Assembly (NCBI GenBank): GCA_033857635.1
Contig: JAWVDF010000022.1
Location: 138,150-202,149 of the forward strand
Source of the DNA: Blastocatellia bacterium
Lineage (GTDB): Bacteria > Acidobacteriota > Blastocatellia > Pyrinomonadales > Pyrinomonadaceae
Length of the DNA: 64,000 nucleotides
Direction of reading: 5' to 3'
Made by a program: the position numbers and the translations under genes. This document shows, piece after piece, positions 9,446 through 18,546 of this stretch. The number at the start of each line of letters is the position of its first letter. The first letter of the stretch is position 1. The notes under the pieces were generated by a model, which was given only the letters and a program-made list of their open reading frames with translations, was not told where the DNA came from and made no database searches.

Positions 9446-10712
9446 GATACTCGCGCTCCAACCGAAGGCTGCGGCTTAACGCTGAGAATTGTAACACCGC
9501 CGCGGATGCGGCCCCAACAAATTGCAAACTAATCGCCTTAACCGCCGCCAGTATTCTCTTGAATAATTCATCCGCGCTTTTGTCCTGGTGCCAACGCCAC
9601 ACGACCACCAGATCGTGCTCCGGATCGATCCAGATCGTGTTTGAACCATAGCCGAGCGCGGCAAAGCTGGTCGCGGGCGCGCTCGGGTATTGCTTGCGTT
9701 TTGTGTTCAGCCACCACAGATATCCATAGTCGGGGCCAACCGCTGCTGGTGTCGTGGCCTTGCGGATCCAGCTTTCAGAAACGATCTGGCGACCTTTCCA
9801 TTTACCTCGGCGCAGGATGAGATAACCAAATCTCGCTTCGTCGCGAGCGCTGATCCATAAGCCGCCGCCCCAGCGTGTGCCGCCGCTGACTGCATCCATC
9901 TGCTTGCCGTTGATGACGACGCGAGAGTTAAGGTAGCCGTGATACTGCCAGGTGCGGGAAGCACCGATGCGATCCATGATCTCATCCTGCAACACCCGCG
10001 GCAGAGGTTTCTGCCAAACTTCCATCAGCGTCAAAGACATGCGATTGATGCGCACGTCGTTGTACTCCCAGAAGGCGCCCGGCTCTTTTATCTCACGCGA
10101 TCGGCGCTGGCCTCGGCCGAATTCTTCGACGCCGAGGAAGTTGCTGTTCTTACCCCACATCGAACCTTCCCATTCGCTCACCTGCTGTAAATGATTTTCC
10201 CAGGTGACCTTCGCATTATGCGGAGAGTCGTAACCGCCGTCGGGCGTGTACAGCTTCATAGGATCCTGCACGGACCTGATCATTCCGCGATCGACAGCGA
10301 TGCCGACTAAGGTTGAAAGAAAACTTTTGGCGATGCTGTAAGTCGGATCGACCTGATTGGTGTCGCCCCACTCAGCGACGATGTAGCCATGCCGAATAAT
10401 GATCCCGTTGGTTGCGCCTCGTGTCTTCGGCAAAGGCCCGAGCACGCGGCCAAACGTTTCGACCTGCGTGGAAAAGTCCGCCGGGATCGTGCTGGCTTGC
10501 GTCTTTGCATACGATACGGCTTGTTCGAGCAGAGCGCTGTCCATGCCTGCGTCTTCAGGTTGACGACGCTGCCAACCATCGCCTGGAGCGGGGTAGTAGA
10601 AAGCCGGTTGTTTGTTCTGGGCTTGAACCGGCCGCGGACTGGGCAGAATTGCGCTGCCGACAAAGAAGGCGAGCAGGAGAAACGAAAAGCGAAGATGGCG
10701 TGTGATGTTCAT
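9417..10712 (-). CDS. Serine hydrolase, beta-lactamase/transpeptidase-like family, secreted
   Basis: SxxK motif (YSIAKSF). Signal peptide begins at MNITRHLRFSFLLLAFFVG. The longer ORF to 10883 crosses a repeat and overlaps efp, so the Met at 10712 is preferred. Confidence 0.8.
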   Translation of the reverse strand: MNITRHLRFSFLLLAFFVGSAILPSPRPVQAQNKQPAFYYPAPGDGWQRRQPEDAGMDSALLEQAVSYAKTQASTIPADFSTQVETFGRVLGPLPKTRGATNGIIIRHGYIVAEWGDTNQVDPTYSIAKSFLSTLVGIAVDRGMIRSVQDPMKLYTPDGGYDSPHNAKVTWENHLQQVSEWEGSMWGKNSNFLGVEEFGRGQRRSREIKEPGAFWEYNDVRINRMSLTLMEVWQKPLPRVLQDEIMDRIGASRTWQYHGYLNSRVVINGKQMDAVSGGTRWGGGLWISARDEARFGYLILRRGKWKGRQIVSESWIRKATTPAAVGPDYGYLWWLNTKRKQYPSAPATSFAALGYGSNTIWIDPEHDLVVVWRWHQDKSADELFKRILAAVKAISLQFVGAASAAVLQFSALSRSLRLEREYHGKDLRRTA

Positions 10713-10757
10713 GCGTTTTGTGCGGCAGGGACTCAACCATGAGGGCCCCTCCTCGCT

Positions 10758-10856
10758 GGGAGCACGGACGTCCCGTCCGCTCTTTGATTCAGCGGGCGTT
10801 TTCAACCACCGAGTGCGCGCGTTTTGGCGGGCTGCGGACGGGCCGTCCGCGCTCCC
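10758..10856. repeat. GCGGAC..GTCCGC inverted doublet (REPIN-like)
   Basis: GGGAGCACGGACGTCCCGTCCGC ... GCGGACGGGCCGTCCGCGCTCCC. Confidence 0.75.
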
Positions 10857-10860
10857 AGGC

Positions 10861-11433
10861 TCAAGCGCGCCCCGCCACTTCACCTGTCTGCGTATTCACG
10901 CGCACCACTTCGCCTTCTTTAATAAAAAGCGGCACACGCACAGCCAGTCCGGTCTCAAGCGTCGCCTGTTTGCTCGCGCCGCCGGCGGCCGTATCGCCGC
11001 GCATACCCAATTCCGTCGACGTGACGGCGAGTTCAACGTACTGCGGCAGTTGTAATGAAACCGGCGCGCCGTTGTACTTCAAGACCTGGAGCGACACACC
11101 CTCTTTCAAATAACCGCGGTCAGGCTCAACGTCTTCCTGGTTAAAGGTAAACTGCTCGTAACTCTTCTCGTCCATGAAATGAAAGCCGTGCGTGTCGCTG
11201 TAAAGAAACGAAGCGGGCACCAACTCGACGTCGGGCTCTTCAAACTTCTCCGTTGCCCGGAAACTCTTTTCCAGGACTGCGCTGGTCAGCAGGTGCCGCA
11301 GCTTTGTGCGCACCATGGTCGCCGCCCCACGCGCGGTCGGCGAAGCAAAGAAAACTTCCAGGACAACATAAGGTTGGCCATCAACCGAGATCAGTAACTT
11401 TCGTTTTAGTTCATTGGCCGTGATCAGCGCCAT
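10861..11433 (-). CDS. efp: Translation elongation factor P
   Basis: 190 aa. The pattern MALITANELKRKLLISVDGQPYVVLE...KPG-like...TLETG..V.VPLFI.EGE matches EF-P along its full length. Confidence 0.9.
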   Translation of the reverse strand: MALITANELKRKLLISVDGQPYVVLEVFFASPTARGAATMVRTKLRHLLTSAVLEKSFRATEKFEEPDVELVPASFLYSDTHGFHFMDEKSYEQFTFNQEDVEPDRGYLKEGVSLQVLKYNGAPVSLQLPQYVELAVTSTELGMRGDTAAGGASKQATLETGLAVRVPLFIKEGEVVRVNTQTGEVAGRA

Positions 11434-11511
11434 TAAGATTCATTCCTCCCTAAGCTCGGACAAGGATAAGCGAGATCGATCAAAGTCTGAAGCGGTGGCC
11501 CGTTGACTTCG

Positions 11512-11560
11512 GCGGTCTGCGGCTGTGCCCCCTGATGTGCGGAAAGGCTCTGCGTTTCCG
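11512..11560. repeat. CTGATGTGCGGAAAGGC-family repeat
   Basis: Related copies at 24686..24845 and 52133..52176. Confidence 0.6.
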
Positions 11561-11590
11561 TCGCCGATGATTAGAATCTTGTGCACGAGT

Positions 11591-11724
11591 GTAGCGCAAG
11601 TTGTTAACTTGCGATTCCGATGTAGCGCAAGTTGTTAACTTGCGATTCCGATGTAGCGCAAGTTGTTAACTTGCGATTCTTTTCGGTTTGGCCAGGAAGA
11701 ACGCAAGTTAACAACTTGCGCTAC
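11591..11724. repeat. Three perfect tandem 31-nt units (GTAGCGCAAGTTGTTAACTTGCGATTCCGAT) plus one inverted copy
   Basis: Units start at 11591, 11622 and 11653. The inverted copy CGCAAGTTAACAACTTGCGCTAC ends at 11724. Confidence 0.9.
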
Positions 11725-11726
11725 TT

Positions 11727-11936
11727 TTAATGCCCGAAATACCAGAAAAGAATTCCGGCCAGCGCCAGCAAGAACATTGCGACCATCGCCGCTATTCTAT
11801 ATCCGACGGATCCTTCACTGCGTTGAGCTTCATTGGATGGCGAACTCGCTGCATTCTGAAATTGTTCGTCATTTGAAACGGCGACATCCTGATCACCGTT
11901 GCTGACTTCATCTTTGGCGCCGATAGAGTTTTTCAT
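11727..11936 (-). CDS. Possible small membrane protein (hypothetical)
   Basis: 69-aa ORF with one C-terminal hydrophobic helix (IAAMVAMFLLALAGILFWYF). No recognisable family. Confidence 0.3.
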   Translation of the reverse strand: MKNSIGAKDEVSNGDQDVAVSNDEQFQNAASSPSNEAQRSEGSVGYRIAAMVAMFLLALAGILFWYFGH

Positions 11937-12074
11937 TTAATAGTCCTGCGCCGAAGAACGACGGCTCTGGTTGAATATCCTCGCGTCACAGGCTTTTCGG
12001 ATCAATCATCAGACGCCGCGCATTCTATCTGAGATGACGAGGCTGAGCCTAGAAAGATCAACGTATTGCTGGCA

Positions 12075-12159
12075 GCGCGGACGTCCCGTCCGCTCTGAGG
12101 CGCAGCAAAAATCAATCGGAGCGCTGTTGGCGCAATGCGGACGGGACGTCCTTGCTCCC
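12075..12159. repeat. GCGGAC..GTCCGC inverted doublet
   Basis: GCGCGGACGTCCCGTCCGCTCTGAGGCGCAGC ... GCGCAATGCGGACGGGACGTCC. Confidence 0.75.
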
Positions 12160-12452
12160 AACAGCATGAATCGATTTTCTTGCCCTGTCGTCTCCGCTGG
12201 GTGGATCTCCTTTCACCCTCCCGGGTGAACCGGAATCACAGACTGAAGTCTGTGCCACAAAAATCTCGCCCGCCAGAGCCTCAGCTGCGTCTAATGCGTT
12301 GGTAAGGGGTTCGCCGCGAAAGATGACTCGGGTTTCGACAACACGTTTCGAATCCGAAGTTCTCTCTCCTCCTGCCTCTTCGGAGGCGGACCTGGGGCTT
12401 GCAGAACACGCGCAAGCCAGGGCCGAAATCAAACTCAGGAGGAACCGAAACG

Positions 12453-12848
12453 ATGAAAAGTAAACTTTTTCACATTGCTTTAGTGTCTGTATCAATGCTG
12501 GCAGTCGTGGGAACGGCGACAGCGGAGAGGCCGAAACGAATCGACCGGGGCGAGCGCCGCGAGTTGCGCGCCGATCGCAGAGACCTCAGAGCAGACACAC
12601 ACGACATCCGTAGCGACCGCCATGAACTTCGCGCCGATGGTCGCGATCGCCGAGGCGATGTTCGTGAATATCGCCAGGACAAACGCGAGGGCGCCTCACG
12701 AGCCGAACTGCGAGCAGATCGACAGGAACTCCGAGTCGACACCCGCGATCTGCGGACCGACCACCGAGACCTTCGTGCGGATGTTCGCGATCGACGCGGC
12801 GACGCTCGTGACCTGCGGCGAGATCGCCGGGACGTGCGTCAGGACTAG
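12453..12848 (+). CDS. Secreted Arg/Asp-rich protein built from about 14 heptad repeats ([DE]LRADxR)
   Basis: AGGAGG 7 nt upstream of the ATG at 12453. Signal peptide MKSKLFHIALVSVSMLAVVGTATA. 21-nt periodic coding repeats over 12561..12845. A strong terminator lies downstream. Confidence 0.6.
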   Translation: MKSKLFHIALVSVSMLAVVGTATAERPKRIDRGERRELRADRRDLRADTHDIRSDRHELRADGRDRRGDVREYRQDKREGASRAELRADRQELRVDTRDLRTDHRDLRADVRDRRGDARDLRRDRRDVRQD

Positions 12849-12985
12849 TGCATTGACGGCTGCTGGATCGGGCAGCAGCCCGACCGTCACCGAGGGCGCA
12901 CAGCGCGTCGCCCTCCACAAAGATCAGCATGACGTTTCAACCCTCAGCGGTTGAAATCCGGATAACCTGCTTGGTCATGCTGCCG

Positions 12986-13022
12986 GGGACGAGTGTTGAG
13001 GCACACTCGTCCCTTTTCTTTT
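12986..13022 (+). terminator. Rho-independent terminator
   Basis: GGGACGAGTGT (12986..12996) pairs with ACACTCGTCCC (13003..13013), followed by TTTTCTTTT. Confidence 0.7.
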
Positions 13023-13070
13023 GGAGTGCGCCGGCACAAGCGCAGCAACCTCGGCGCTTTAAATTCAACT
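13019..13070. repeat. TTTGGAGTGCGCCGGCA-family repeat (single arm)
   Basis: Matches the arms of the doublet at 16932..17030. Confidence 0.6.
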
Positions 13071-13204
13071 CTCAACTCTCCGAAAGCTCCAGCAAATCAA
13101 AGCTGTGTCTCCCTATACATCGCGATTGCCGCCGCGCTCCACACCCTCGCTTCGCAACTTTTCGGCTCAACTGCTAAACTATTTTCACCGACGGAGGTAA
13201 TTCA

Positions 13205-13426
13205 GTGGCACTGGTTATTTACACTAAGCCTGGCTGTCCTTACTGCCAGCAAGCACGCGATTATTACAACTCAAAGGGCATGACCTTCATTGATCACGAC
13301 GCCCAAACCAATCGCGAGCTGCGCGCAGAGATGCTCAAGTTTTCAGGCGGTGATCCGACGGTTCCCTGCATCGTCAAAGACGCGAAGTACGTCCAGTCTG
13401 GTTGGGGCGATCCGCTCCGCGGTTGA
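13205..13426 (+). CDS. Glutaredoxin-family small redox protein
   Basis: GTG start. CPYC active site (YTKPGCPYCQQAR) and TVPCIV motif. Confidence 0.8.
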   Translation: MALVIYTKPGCPYCQQARDYYNSKGMTFIDHDAQTNRELRAEMLKFSGGDPTVPCIVKDAKYVQSGWGDPLRG

Positions 13427-13474
13427 ACTGTCCATGACTGACGGGCGGTGCGTTCGTCAACAAAAATATCTGTG

Positions 13475-13610
13475 TAGAGGCGGGCTACCGCCCGCCGTTA
13501 TGACTGTTTAGAAGCCGGGCTTGTCCGGCGCTGTGGGTGAGTGGCGGACAAGTCCGCCATCTAAAACTCTCCTAAAAGATCTTTTGGAAGACGGCGGGTA
13601 ACCCGCCGCT
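13475..13610. repeat. Cluster of GC hairpins (TAGAGGCGGGCTACCGCCCGCC type)
   Basis: Four hairpins. A related copy TAGAGGCGGGCTTACTGCCCGCC lies at 52633..52655. Confidence 0.65.
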
Positions 13611-13642
13611 AACAGACCCCTGATTTTACGTGGAGGCAGCTC

Positions 13643-15772
13643 ATGAAAAATCGCATCGCTCTTCTGTTCTTGATGCTTTCGATCTCGACCCTAACATTCA
13701 TTAAAGTCTCCGCCCAGGAGGGAAACTCATCGATGATGCTCCAGCCTCCGCCTACTGAAAAGAAACCCAAAATCACTGAGATCAACGGCGACCGTCTGGT
13801 CGATAACTACTTTTGGCTGCGCGAAAAAACGAACCCGGCGGTCGTAGCTCATCTGGAAGCAGAAAACGCTTACACGACGGCCGTGATGAAACCGACCGAG
13901 GCCCTGCAGGACAAGCTCTACACTGAAATTCTCAGCCACATCAAACAGACTGATACGAACGTGCCGTATCGCTGGGGCGGTTACTTCTATTACAGCCGCA
14001 CCGTCGAGGGAAAGCAGTACCCCATCTATTGCCGCAAGCAGGGTAGCCTTACGGCAGCGGAAGATATCCTGCTCGATCTGAACGAGCTGGCGAAGGGACA
14101 GAAGTTCATGTCCGTCGGCAGTTTCGTGCCAAGCGATGACGGCAAGCTGCTGGCCTACTCAACCGACAACACCGGTTATCGACAGTACACGCTGCAGATC
14201 AAGAACCTCGTCACCGGCGAGCTGCTGCCGGAAAAAATCGAGCGCGTTGACGACCTGGCCTGGGCCACCGACAACAAAACGCTTTTCTATGTCACCGAAG
14301 ACGCGGTCACCAAGCGCAACGACAAAATGTTTCGCCACGTGCTGGGCTCTGATAAGTATGAACTGATCTATGACGAGAAGGACGAGCTGTTCGACATCAG
14401 CGTGCAGCGGTCGAGAGATAAGGCTGTAATCATGCTGGGCGCTTTCAGTAAGACGTCCAGCGAGTTTCGGTACATTCCCGCCAGCGATCCGAATGCGGCG
14501 TGGAAAGTAGTCCTGACGCGTCAGGCAGATCATGAATACGACGTCGAGCATCGCGGCGATCTTTTCTACATTCGCACCAATAAAGGAGCGAAGAACTTTC
14601 GCGTAGTCACGGCGCCCGTGTCCAATCCTGCGGAGAAGAATTGGAAAGAGTTTGTGGCCCACCGGCCGCTCGTCAAGATTGACGGCGTTGATCTATTCAA
14701 GGATCACGCGGTCCTATCGGAATGGGAAAACGGCCTGCAGCAAATCGAGATCGTCGATTTCAAAACGAACAAACGCCAACGCATAAAGTTTCCCGAGCCT
14801 GTCTATGCCGCCGGACTGAGCACGAATCGCGAATTCGATACGACCGTGCTGCGTTACAACTATCAGTCGCTGGTTACGCCGAGTTCGGTCTTTGACTACG
14901 ACATGAATACGAGCCAGGCGACTTTGATGAAACAGACCGAAGTGCCGGGCGGGTTTGATAAAGCAAACTACAAATCCGAACGCGTGTTTGCCACCGCCAG
15001 TGACGGGACGCAAATTCCCATGTCGGTGGTTTACAAGCGGGACGTGAAGCTCGACGGCACGGCGCCGATGCTGCTCTACGCATATGGCTCGTACGGGATT
15101 CCCATGTCGCCGACTTTTTCCGCCGGCCGTTTGGCTTTGCTGGATCGCGGCGTCATCTTTGTCATCGCGCACATTCGCGGCGGCGGCGAACTGGGCGAGC
15201 CCTGGCGCGAAGCCGGCCGCATGATGAAAAAGATGAATACCTTTACGGATTTCATCGCCTGCGCCGAGCACATGGTCAAACAAAAATACACCTCGAGCGA
15301 TCGGCTGGTGATTCAGGGCGGCAGCGCGGGAGGTTTGCTAATGGGCGCCGTCAGCAATATGCGACCAGATCTTTTCAAAGCCGTCGTGGCCCAGGTGCCG
15401 TTCGTCGACGTGCTCAACACAATGCTCGACGCGTCTCTGCCTTTGACCACCAGTGAATACATTGAGTGGGGCAATCCGAACGAGAAGCCGGCTTACGAAT
15501 ACATGAAGAAGTATTCGCCCTATGACAACGTTCGCGCGGTCAACTATCCAGCGATGCTGGTCAAGGTTTCGCTCAACGATAGTCAGGTGCCTTACTGGGA
15601 AGGCGCGAAACTTGTTGCCAAGATCCGCGAGCTTAAGACTGATCACAATCCCCTGCTGCTCAAGACGAACATGGGCGCGGGGCACGGCGGCGCCTCAGGA
15701 CGCTATGACGCGATTCATGAGACAGCTTTCGATTACGCGTTCATGCTTTGGCAGATGGGCTTGGCGAAGTAG
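13643..15772 (+). CDS. ptrB: S9A prolyl oligopeptidase family protein, oligopeptidase B-like, secreted
   Basis: 709 aa. N-terminal signal peptide, beta-propeller region, GGSAGGLLMG nucleophile elbow, C-terminal GHGG. Confidence 0.9.
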   Translation: MKNRIALLFLMLSISTLTFIKVSAQEGNSSMMLQPPPTEKKPKITEINGDRLVDNYFWLREKTNPAVVAHLEAENAYTTAVMKPTEALQDKLYTEILSHIKQTDTNVPYRWGGYFYYSRTVEGKQYPIYCRKQGSLTAAEDILLDLNELAKGQKFMSVGSFVPSDDGKLLAYSTDNTGYRQYTLQIKNLVTGELLPEKIERVDDLAWATDNKTLFYVTEDAVTKRNDKMFRHVLGSDKYELIYDEKDELFDISVQRSRDKAVIMLGAFSKTSSEFRYIPASDPNAAWKVVLTRQADHEYDVEHRGDLFYIRTNKGAKNFRVVTAPVSNPAEKNWKEFVAHRPLVKIDGVDLFKDHAVLSEWENGLQQIEIVDFKTNKRQRIKFPEPVYAAGLSTNREFDTTVLRYNYQSLVTPSSVFDYDMNTSQATLMKQTEVPGGFDKANYKSERVFATASDGTQIPMSVVYKRDVKLDGTAPMLLYAYGSYGIPMSPTFSAGRLALLDRGVIFVIAHIRGGGELGEPWREAGRMMKKMNTFTDFIACAEHMVKQKYTSSDRLVIQGGSAGGLLMGAVSNMRPDLFKAVVAQVPFVDVLNTMLDASLPLTTSEYIEWGNPNEKPAYEYMKKYSPYDNVRAVNYPAMLVKVSLNDSQVPYWEGAKLVAKIRELKTDHNPLLLKTNMGAGHGGASGRYDAIHETAFDYAFMLWQMGLAK

Positions 15773-15786
15773 CTCCCTAAGCATTT

Positions 15787-15865
15787 GACAGGATTTACAA
15801 GATCCACAGGATTAGTGAGGCAAATTTCGTTTCTGACCCATCTTGTAAATCGTGTGAATCCTGTC
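15787..15865. repeat. Imperfect inverted repeat GACAGGATTTACAAGAT ... ATCTTGTAAAT..GAATCCTGTC
   Basis: Read directly. Lies between ptrB and the cupin gene. Confidence 0.6.
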
Positions 15866-15875
15866 CAGGTTTTCT

Positions 15876-16247
15876 ATGGAAAAGATCAATCTCGCACATA
15901 AGCTCTCACTCATTTCGGACCACTGGAATCCGCGCATTGCCGGCGAGCTCAACGGGCAACTGGTGAAGCTCGTCAAATTCCAGGGCCCGTTCACCTGGCA
16001 TCATCATGAAAACGAAGACGAGCTCTTCCTGGTAGTGAAGGGCCGGTTCCGCATGGACTATCGCGAAGACGGCCGCGAACGCGCAGAATGGATCGAAGCC
16101 GGCGAACTGGTAATCGTGCCCCGCGGAGTTGAGCATCGCCCCTTCGCCGAAGAAGAAGCTGAAGTGCTTCTGTTCGAACCCGCGTCGACGCTTAATACCG
16201 GCAATGTCGAGGATAGCTTTACTCATAAAGAACTGCGACACATTTAG
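15876..16247 (+). CDS. Cupin domain protein
   Basis: HHHENEDELFLVVKG and IVPRGVEHRP are the two cupin motifs. Confidence 0.8.
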   Translation: MEKINLAHKLSLISDHWNPRIAGELNGQLVKLVKFQGPFTWHHHENEDELFLVVKGRFRMDYREDGRERAEWIEAGELVIVPRGVEHRPFAEEEAEVLLFEPASTLNTGNVEDSFTHKELRHI

Positions 16248-16248
16248 C

Positions 16249-16351
16249 ATGAGGTCAGTACCGGGAGCGGTAGCGACCGGGTCATCGTTCCCCAAGTTCA
16301 ACCGTCGGATCAGTTCAACCCGGTCGCTGCCGCTCCCGGTACTGACCTCAT
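16249..16351. repeat. GGTCAGTACCGGGAGCGGTAGCGACCGGGT inverted doublet (34-nt arms)
   Basis: Arms at 16249..16282 and 16318..16351, nearly perfectly complementary. Confidence 0.85.
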
Positions 16352-16479
16352 CACTCAACGCTCACGTCTCATCAATCACACCCTTCACATCAGACTTATC
16401 CATGCACTATCGGGCCGAGGTTGTGCTTCACCCGCGCCGAGTGTAATTTATCGTCATCAAAAAGTTTGAGGAGAACGTC

Positions 16480-16923
16480 TTGGCTGACACAAAAAACGGT
16501 GCGACCGTAGCCGACCTCTTTCGTCGCGCCCAGGCGATTCGAGCTGAAAACCCGAATACTTCGTACAAGGAAGTCGCGGCGCAATTAGTAGGCGAATTTT
16601 CAGGCGGACCGTTTCCGCCAACTTACAATTTGACGATCCCGGAACAGGATGCGCGCGCGCCGGAAGAGGATTGGACCGCGGGCCTGCCGTTGGTCCTGCG
16701 CGGCATTCAGCAGAAGGATTGGGAGGACGTAGCGCGGGGCATCGTTCTGTCTCTGGAGCAAACCGAAAACTATGAGCGCGAGCGCGGCGGCGAAGGCACG
16801 CGCGACAATTGGCACGATCGTTCGAAAGGCGTCGCCGGGGCAACCGCCAAAAGTATAGGCAAGTGGATGCCCGACGAGTTGCTGAAACTCGCCGAGCGTT
16901 CCGTGCGTAATCGCGACAAGTAA
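16480..16923 (+). CDS. Hypothetical protein
   Basis: 147-aa ORF (TTG start) with protein-like composition. The antisense ORF 16457..16963 is Arg/Cys/Pro-rich junk, so the + strand is preferred. Confidence 0.45.
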   Translation: MADTKNGATVADLFRRAQAIRAENPNTSYKEVAAQLVGEFSGGPFPPTYNLTIPEQDARAPEEDWTAGLPLVLRGIQQKDWEDVARGIVLSLEQTENYERERGGEGTRDNWHDRSKGVAGATAKSIGKWMPDELLKLAERSVRNRDK

Positions 16924-16931
16924 ATCTACTA

Positions 16932-17030
16932 TTTGGAGTGCGGTGGCAAGCGCAGCGCGACACCGCTTTGGATCATTTGGAGCTTAACCCAAAGCGCCGT
17001 CGCCGCTTCGCTCTGCCGGCGCACTCCAAA
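16932..17030. repeat. TTTGGAGTGCGGTGGCAAGCGCAGC ... GCCGGCGCACTCCAAAG inverted doublet
   Basis: Read directly. Confidence 0.75.
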
Positions 17031-17041
17031 GAGAAAACCCT

Positions 17042-17512
17042 ATGAACGAAAACTACGCTGAACTAATCACTACCTTCCCCCTGTTCAAAGGCTTCACCCG
17101 GAACGGCACCAAGCGTCTGCTTGACGCAGGTGTCGTCAAAGATCACACAGCCGGCCAGGTGCTTTTGAGAGAACGAGACTCTTCGGATTTCGTGCTGCTG
17201 GTCCTGTCCGGCAAACTCGAGGTCTTCGTCGAGCGCGGAGGCAAGGACCTGGTTTTGACTGAAGCAAATCCCGGCACGATTCTGGGAGAGCTTGCCATGC
17301 TCTGCGGCATTCCCCGTTCAGCATCGGTGCGGGCTAAAGCAGATTCCGCCGTGTTGGAGTGGCCCGATGAAGCCTTCCGGACGCTGCTGCTTCGCGACCC
17401 TTCGCTGTCGCAAAGAATCTTTGGCCAGGCCCTGCGGACTCTGGTCGAGAAAGAGAAGTCGCTGATTGAATCGCTGGTTAAGGAACAAGCCGCGGCCGAA
17501 TCTCCAAAGTAA
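17042..17512 (+). CDS. Cyclic-nucleotide-binding (cNMP) domain protein
   Basis: GTILGELAMLCGIPRSASVRA is the phosphate-binding cassette pattern. 156 aa with no DNA-binding domain. Confidence 0.8.
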   Translation: MNENYAELITTFPLFKGFTRNGTKRLLDAGVVKDHTAGQVLLRERDSSDFVLLVLSGKLEVFVERGGKDLVLTEANPGTILGELAMLCGIPRSASVRAKADSAVLEWPDEAFRTLLLRDPSLSQRIFGQALRTLVEKEKSLIESLVKEQAAAESPK

Positions 17513-17525
17513 TCTTCCAAGTCTT

Positions 17526-18209
17526 ATGAGCTTTCTTGACGGCCTAATCAAAGACCCCAAATATCAGAACGCTGATCCGCGCCCACCGGACGAAGTCTCC
17601 GATCCCGAGATCATCATCAGTCCGGACACGCGACGCGAGCATCGGATTCCACCCGGACAGACCCGGACTAAGAAGTGGCCCGTGCTGGACGCTCACGGCA
17701 CGCCACCGGTTGACCTGGCGACTTGGAAGTTCGAAGTCGACGGCCTGGTTGAGAATCCCCTTGCCTTCTCTCTTGACGAGTTCATGCAGCTGCCGGTCGT
17801 GAAAGTTTATTCGGACTTTCATTGCGTCACGCGCTGGTCGCGATTAGACAATGTCTGGACCGGCGTTCCGACAAGCGAGATAGCGAAACTCGCCGGCGTA
17901 AAGCCCGAGGCAAAGTTTGTTCTGGCTTTGGCGTACGACTACGGCTGGACCACGAACGTGCCCATCGAATACTTTCTGCAGGAAGATTCGCTGTTCGCGT
18001 TCCTGCATGACGGCGCGCCCATACCCGCGGATCATGGCGGACCGGTGCGTCTGATCATTCCGCAACTGTACGCCTGGAAGTCCGCGAAGTGGGTTAAAGG
18101 CGTGCGCTTCCTGGCCGAAGATCAGGCGGGCTTCTGGGAAGAAGGCGGCTATCATATGCGCGGAAATCCCTGGACGAGTAATGATGGTGAAAGATTTCGC
18201 TGGTCATGA
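17526..18209 (+). CDS. Sulfite-oxidase-like molybdopterin oxidoreductase (YedY/MsrP superfamily)
   Basis: DFHCVTRWS, HGGPVRLIIPQLYAWKSAKWV and FWEEGGYH motifs. ATG at 17526. Confidence 0.85.
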   Translation: MSFLDGLIKDPKYQNADPRPPDEVSDPEIIISPDTRREHRIPPGQTRTKKWPVLDAHGTPPVDLATWKFEVDGLVENPLAFSLDEFMQLPVVKVYSDFHCVTRWSRLDNVWTGVPTSEIAKLAGVKPEAKFVLALAYDYGWTTNVPIEYFLQEDSLFAFLHDGAPIPADHGGPVRLIIPQLYAWKSAKWVKGVRFLAEDQAGFWEEGGYHMRGNPWTSNDGERFRWS

Positions 18210-18225
18210 ACGGCGTGTCTGAGTA

Positions 18226-18546
18226 ATGAGTCAAACGCTGAAACGAGTGCAGGAACTTATCCGGCAAGGGCAAGTCCTCGTTTCGGAACACGGTTACGAT
18301 GAATTGGCAAACGACAACCTTTTCGTTCAAGATATCCTGGATGGAATTGCCCGTGCAGTGGTCGTGGAAGATTATCCGGATTATCGCAAGGGCCCGTGTG
18401 TATTGGTCTTACAACATGATGTTAAAGGATCGCTTCACGTCCTCTGGGGAATTCCCAAGAATGAGTCTGCTCCGGCCGTGCTGGTAACTGCCTATCGGCC
18501 GGATCCGACACGGTGGAGTCTGGATTCATTGAGGAGAAAGTCATGA
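18226..18546 (+). CDS. DUF4258 domain protein (putative toxin)
   Basis: [13 protein letters not shown]...[17 protein letters not shown]...HVLWG pattern of DUF4258. Its stop overlaps the next start (ATGA). Confidence 0.7.
   Translation: MSQTLKRVQELIRQGQVLVSEHGYDELANDNLFVQDILDGIARAVVVEDYPDYRKGPCVLVLQHDVKGSLHVLWGIPKNESAPAVLVTAYRPDPTRWSLDSLRRKS

Noticed and set aside
11591-11683. Possible mini CRISPR array (three identical ~31-nt repeats).
   Set aside because: The units are directly abutting with no spacers. The repeat is a dispersed hairpin element also found at 7119, 11701 and 58801, and no cas genes are present.
12112-12495. 127-aa minus-strand ORF with a lipobox-like ALAC.
   Set aside because: Its 3' half is translated GCGGAC-family repeat. 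Its 5' end overlaps the SD and start of the better-supported + strand gene. It has no RBS.
12470-12930. Antisense ORFs 12470..12742 and 12586..12930, and the + strand frame-shifted ORF 12622..12954.
   Set aside because: They are shadows of the periodic Arg/Asp repeat gene. Only the frame at 12453..12848 has an SD, a signal peptide and a terminator.
16457-16963. 168-aa minus-strand ORF overlapping 16480..16923.
   Set aside because: Its Arg/Cys/Pro-rich composition is typical of antisense frames in GC-rich DNA. The + strand product looks like a real protein.
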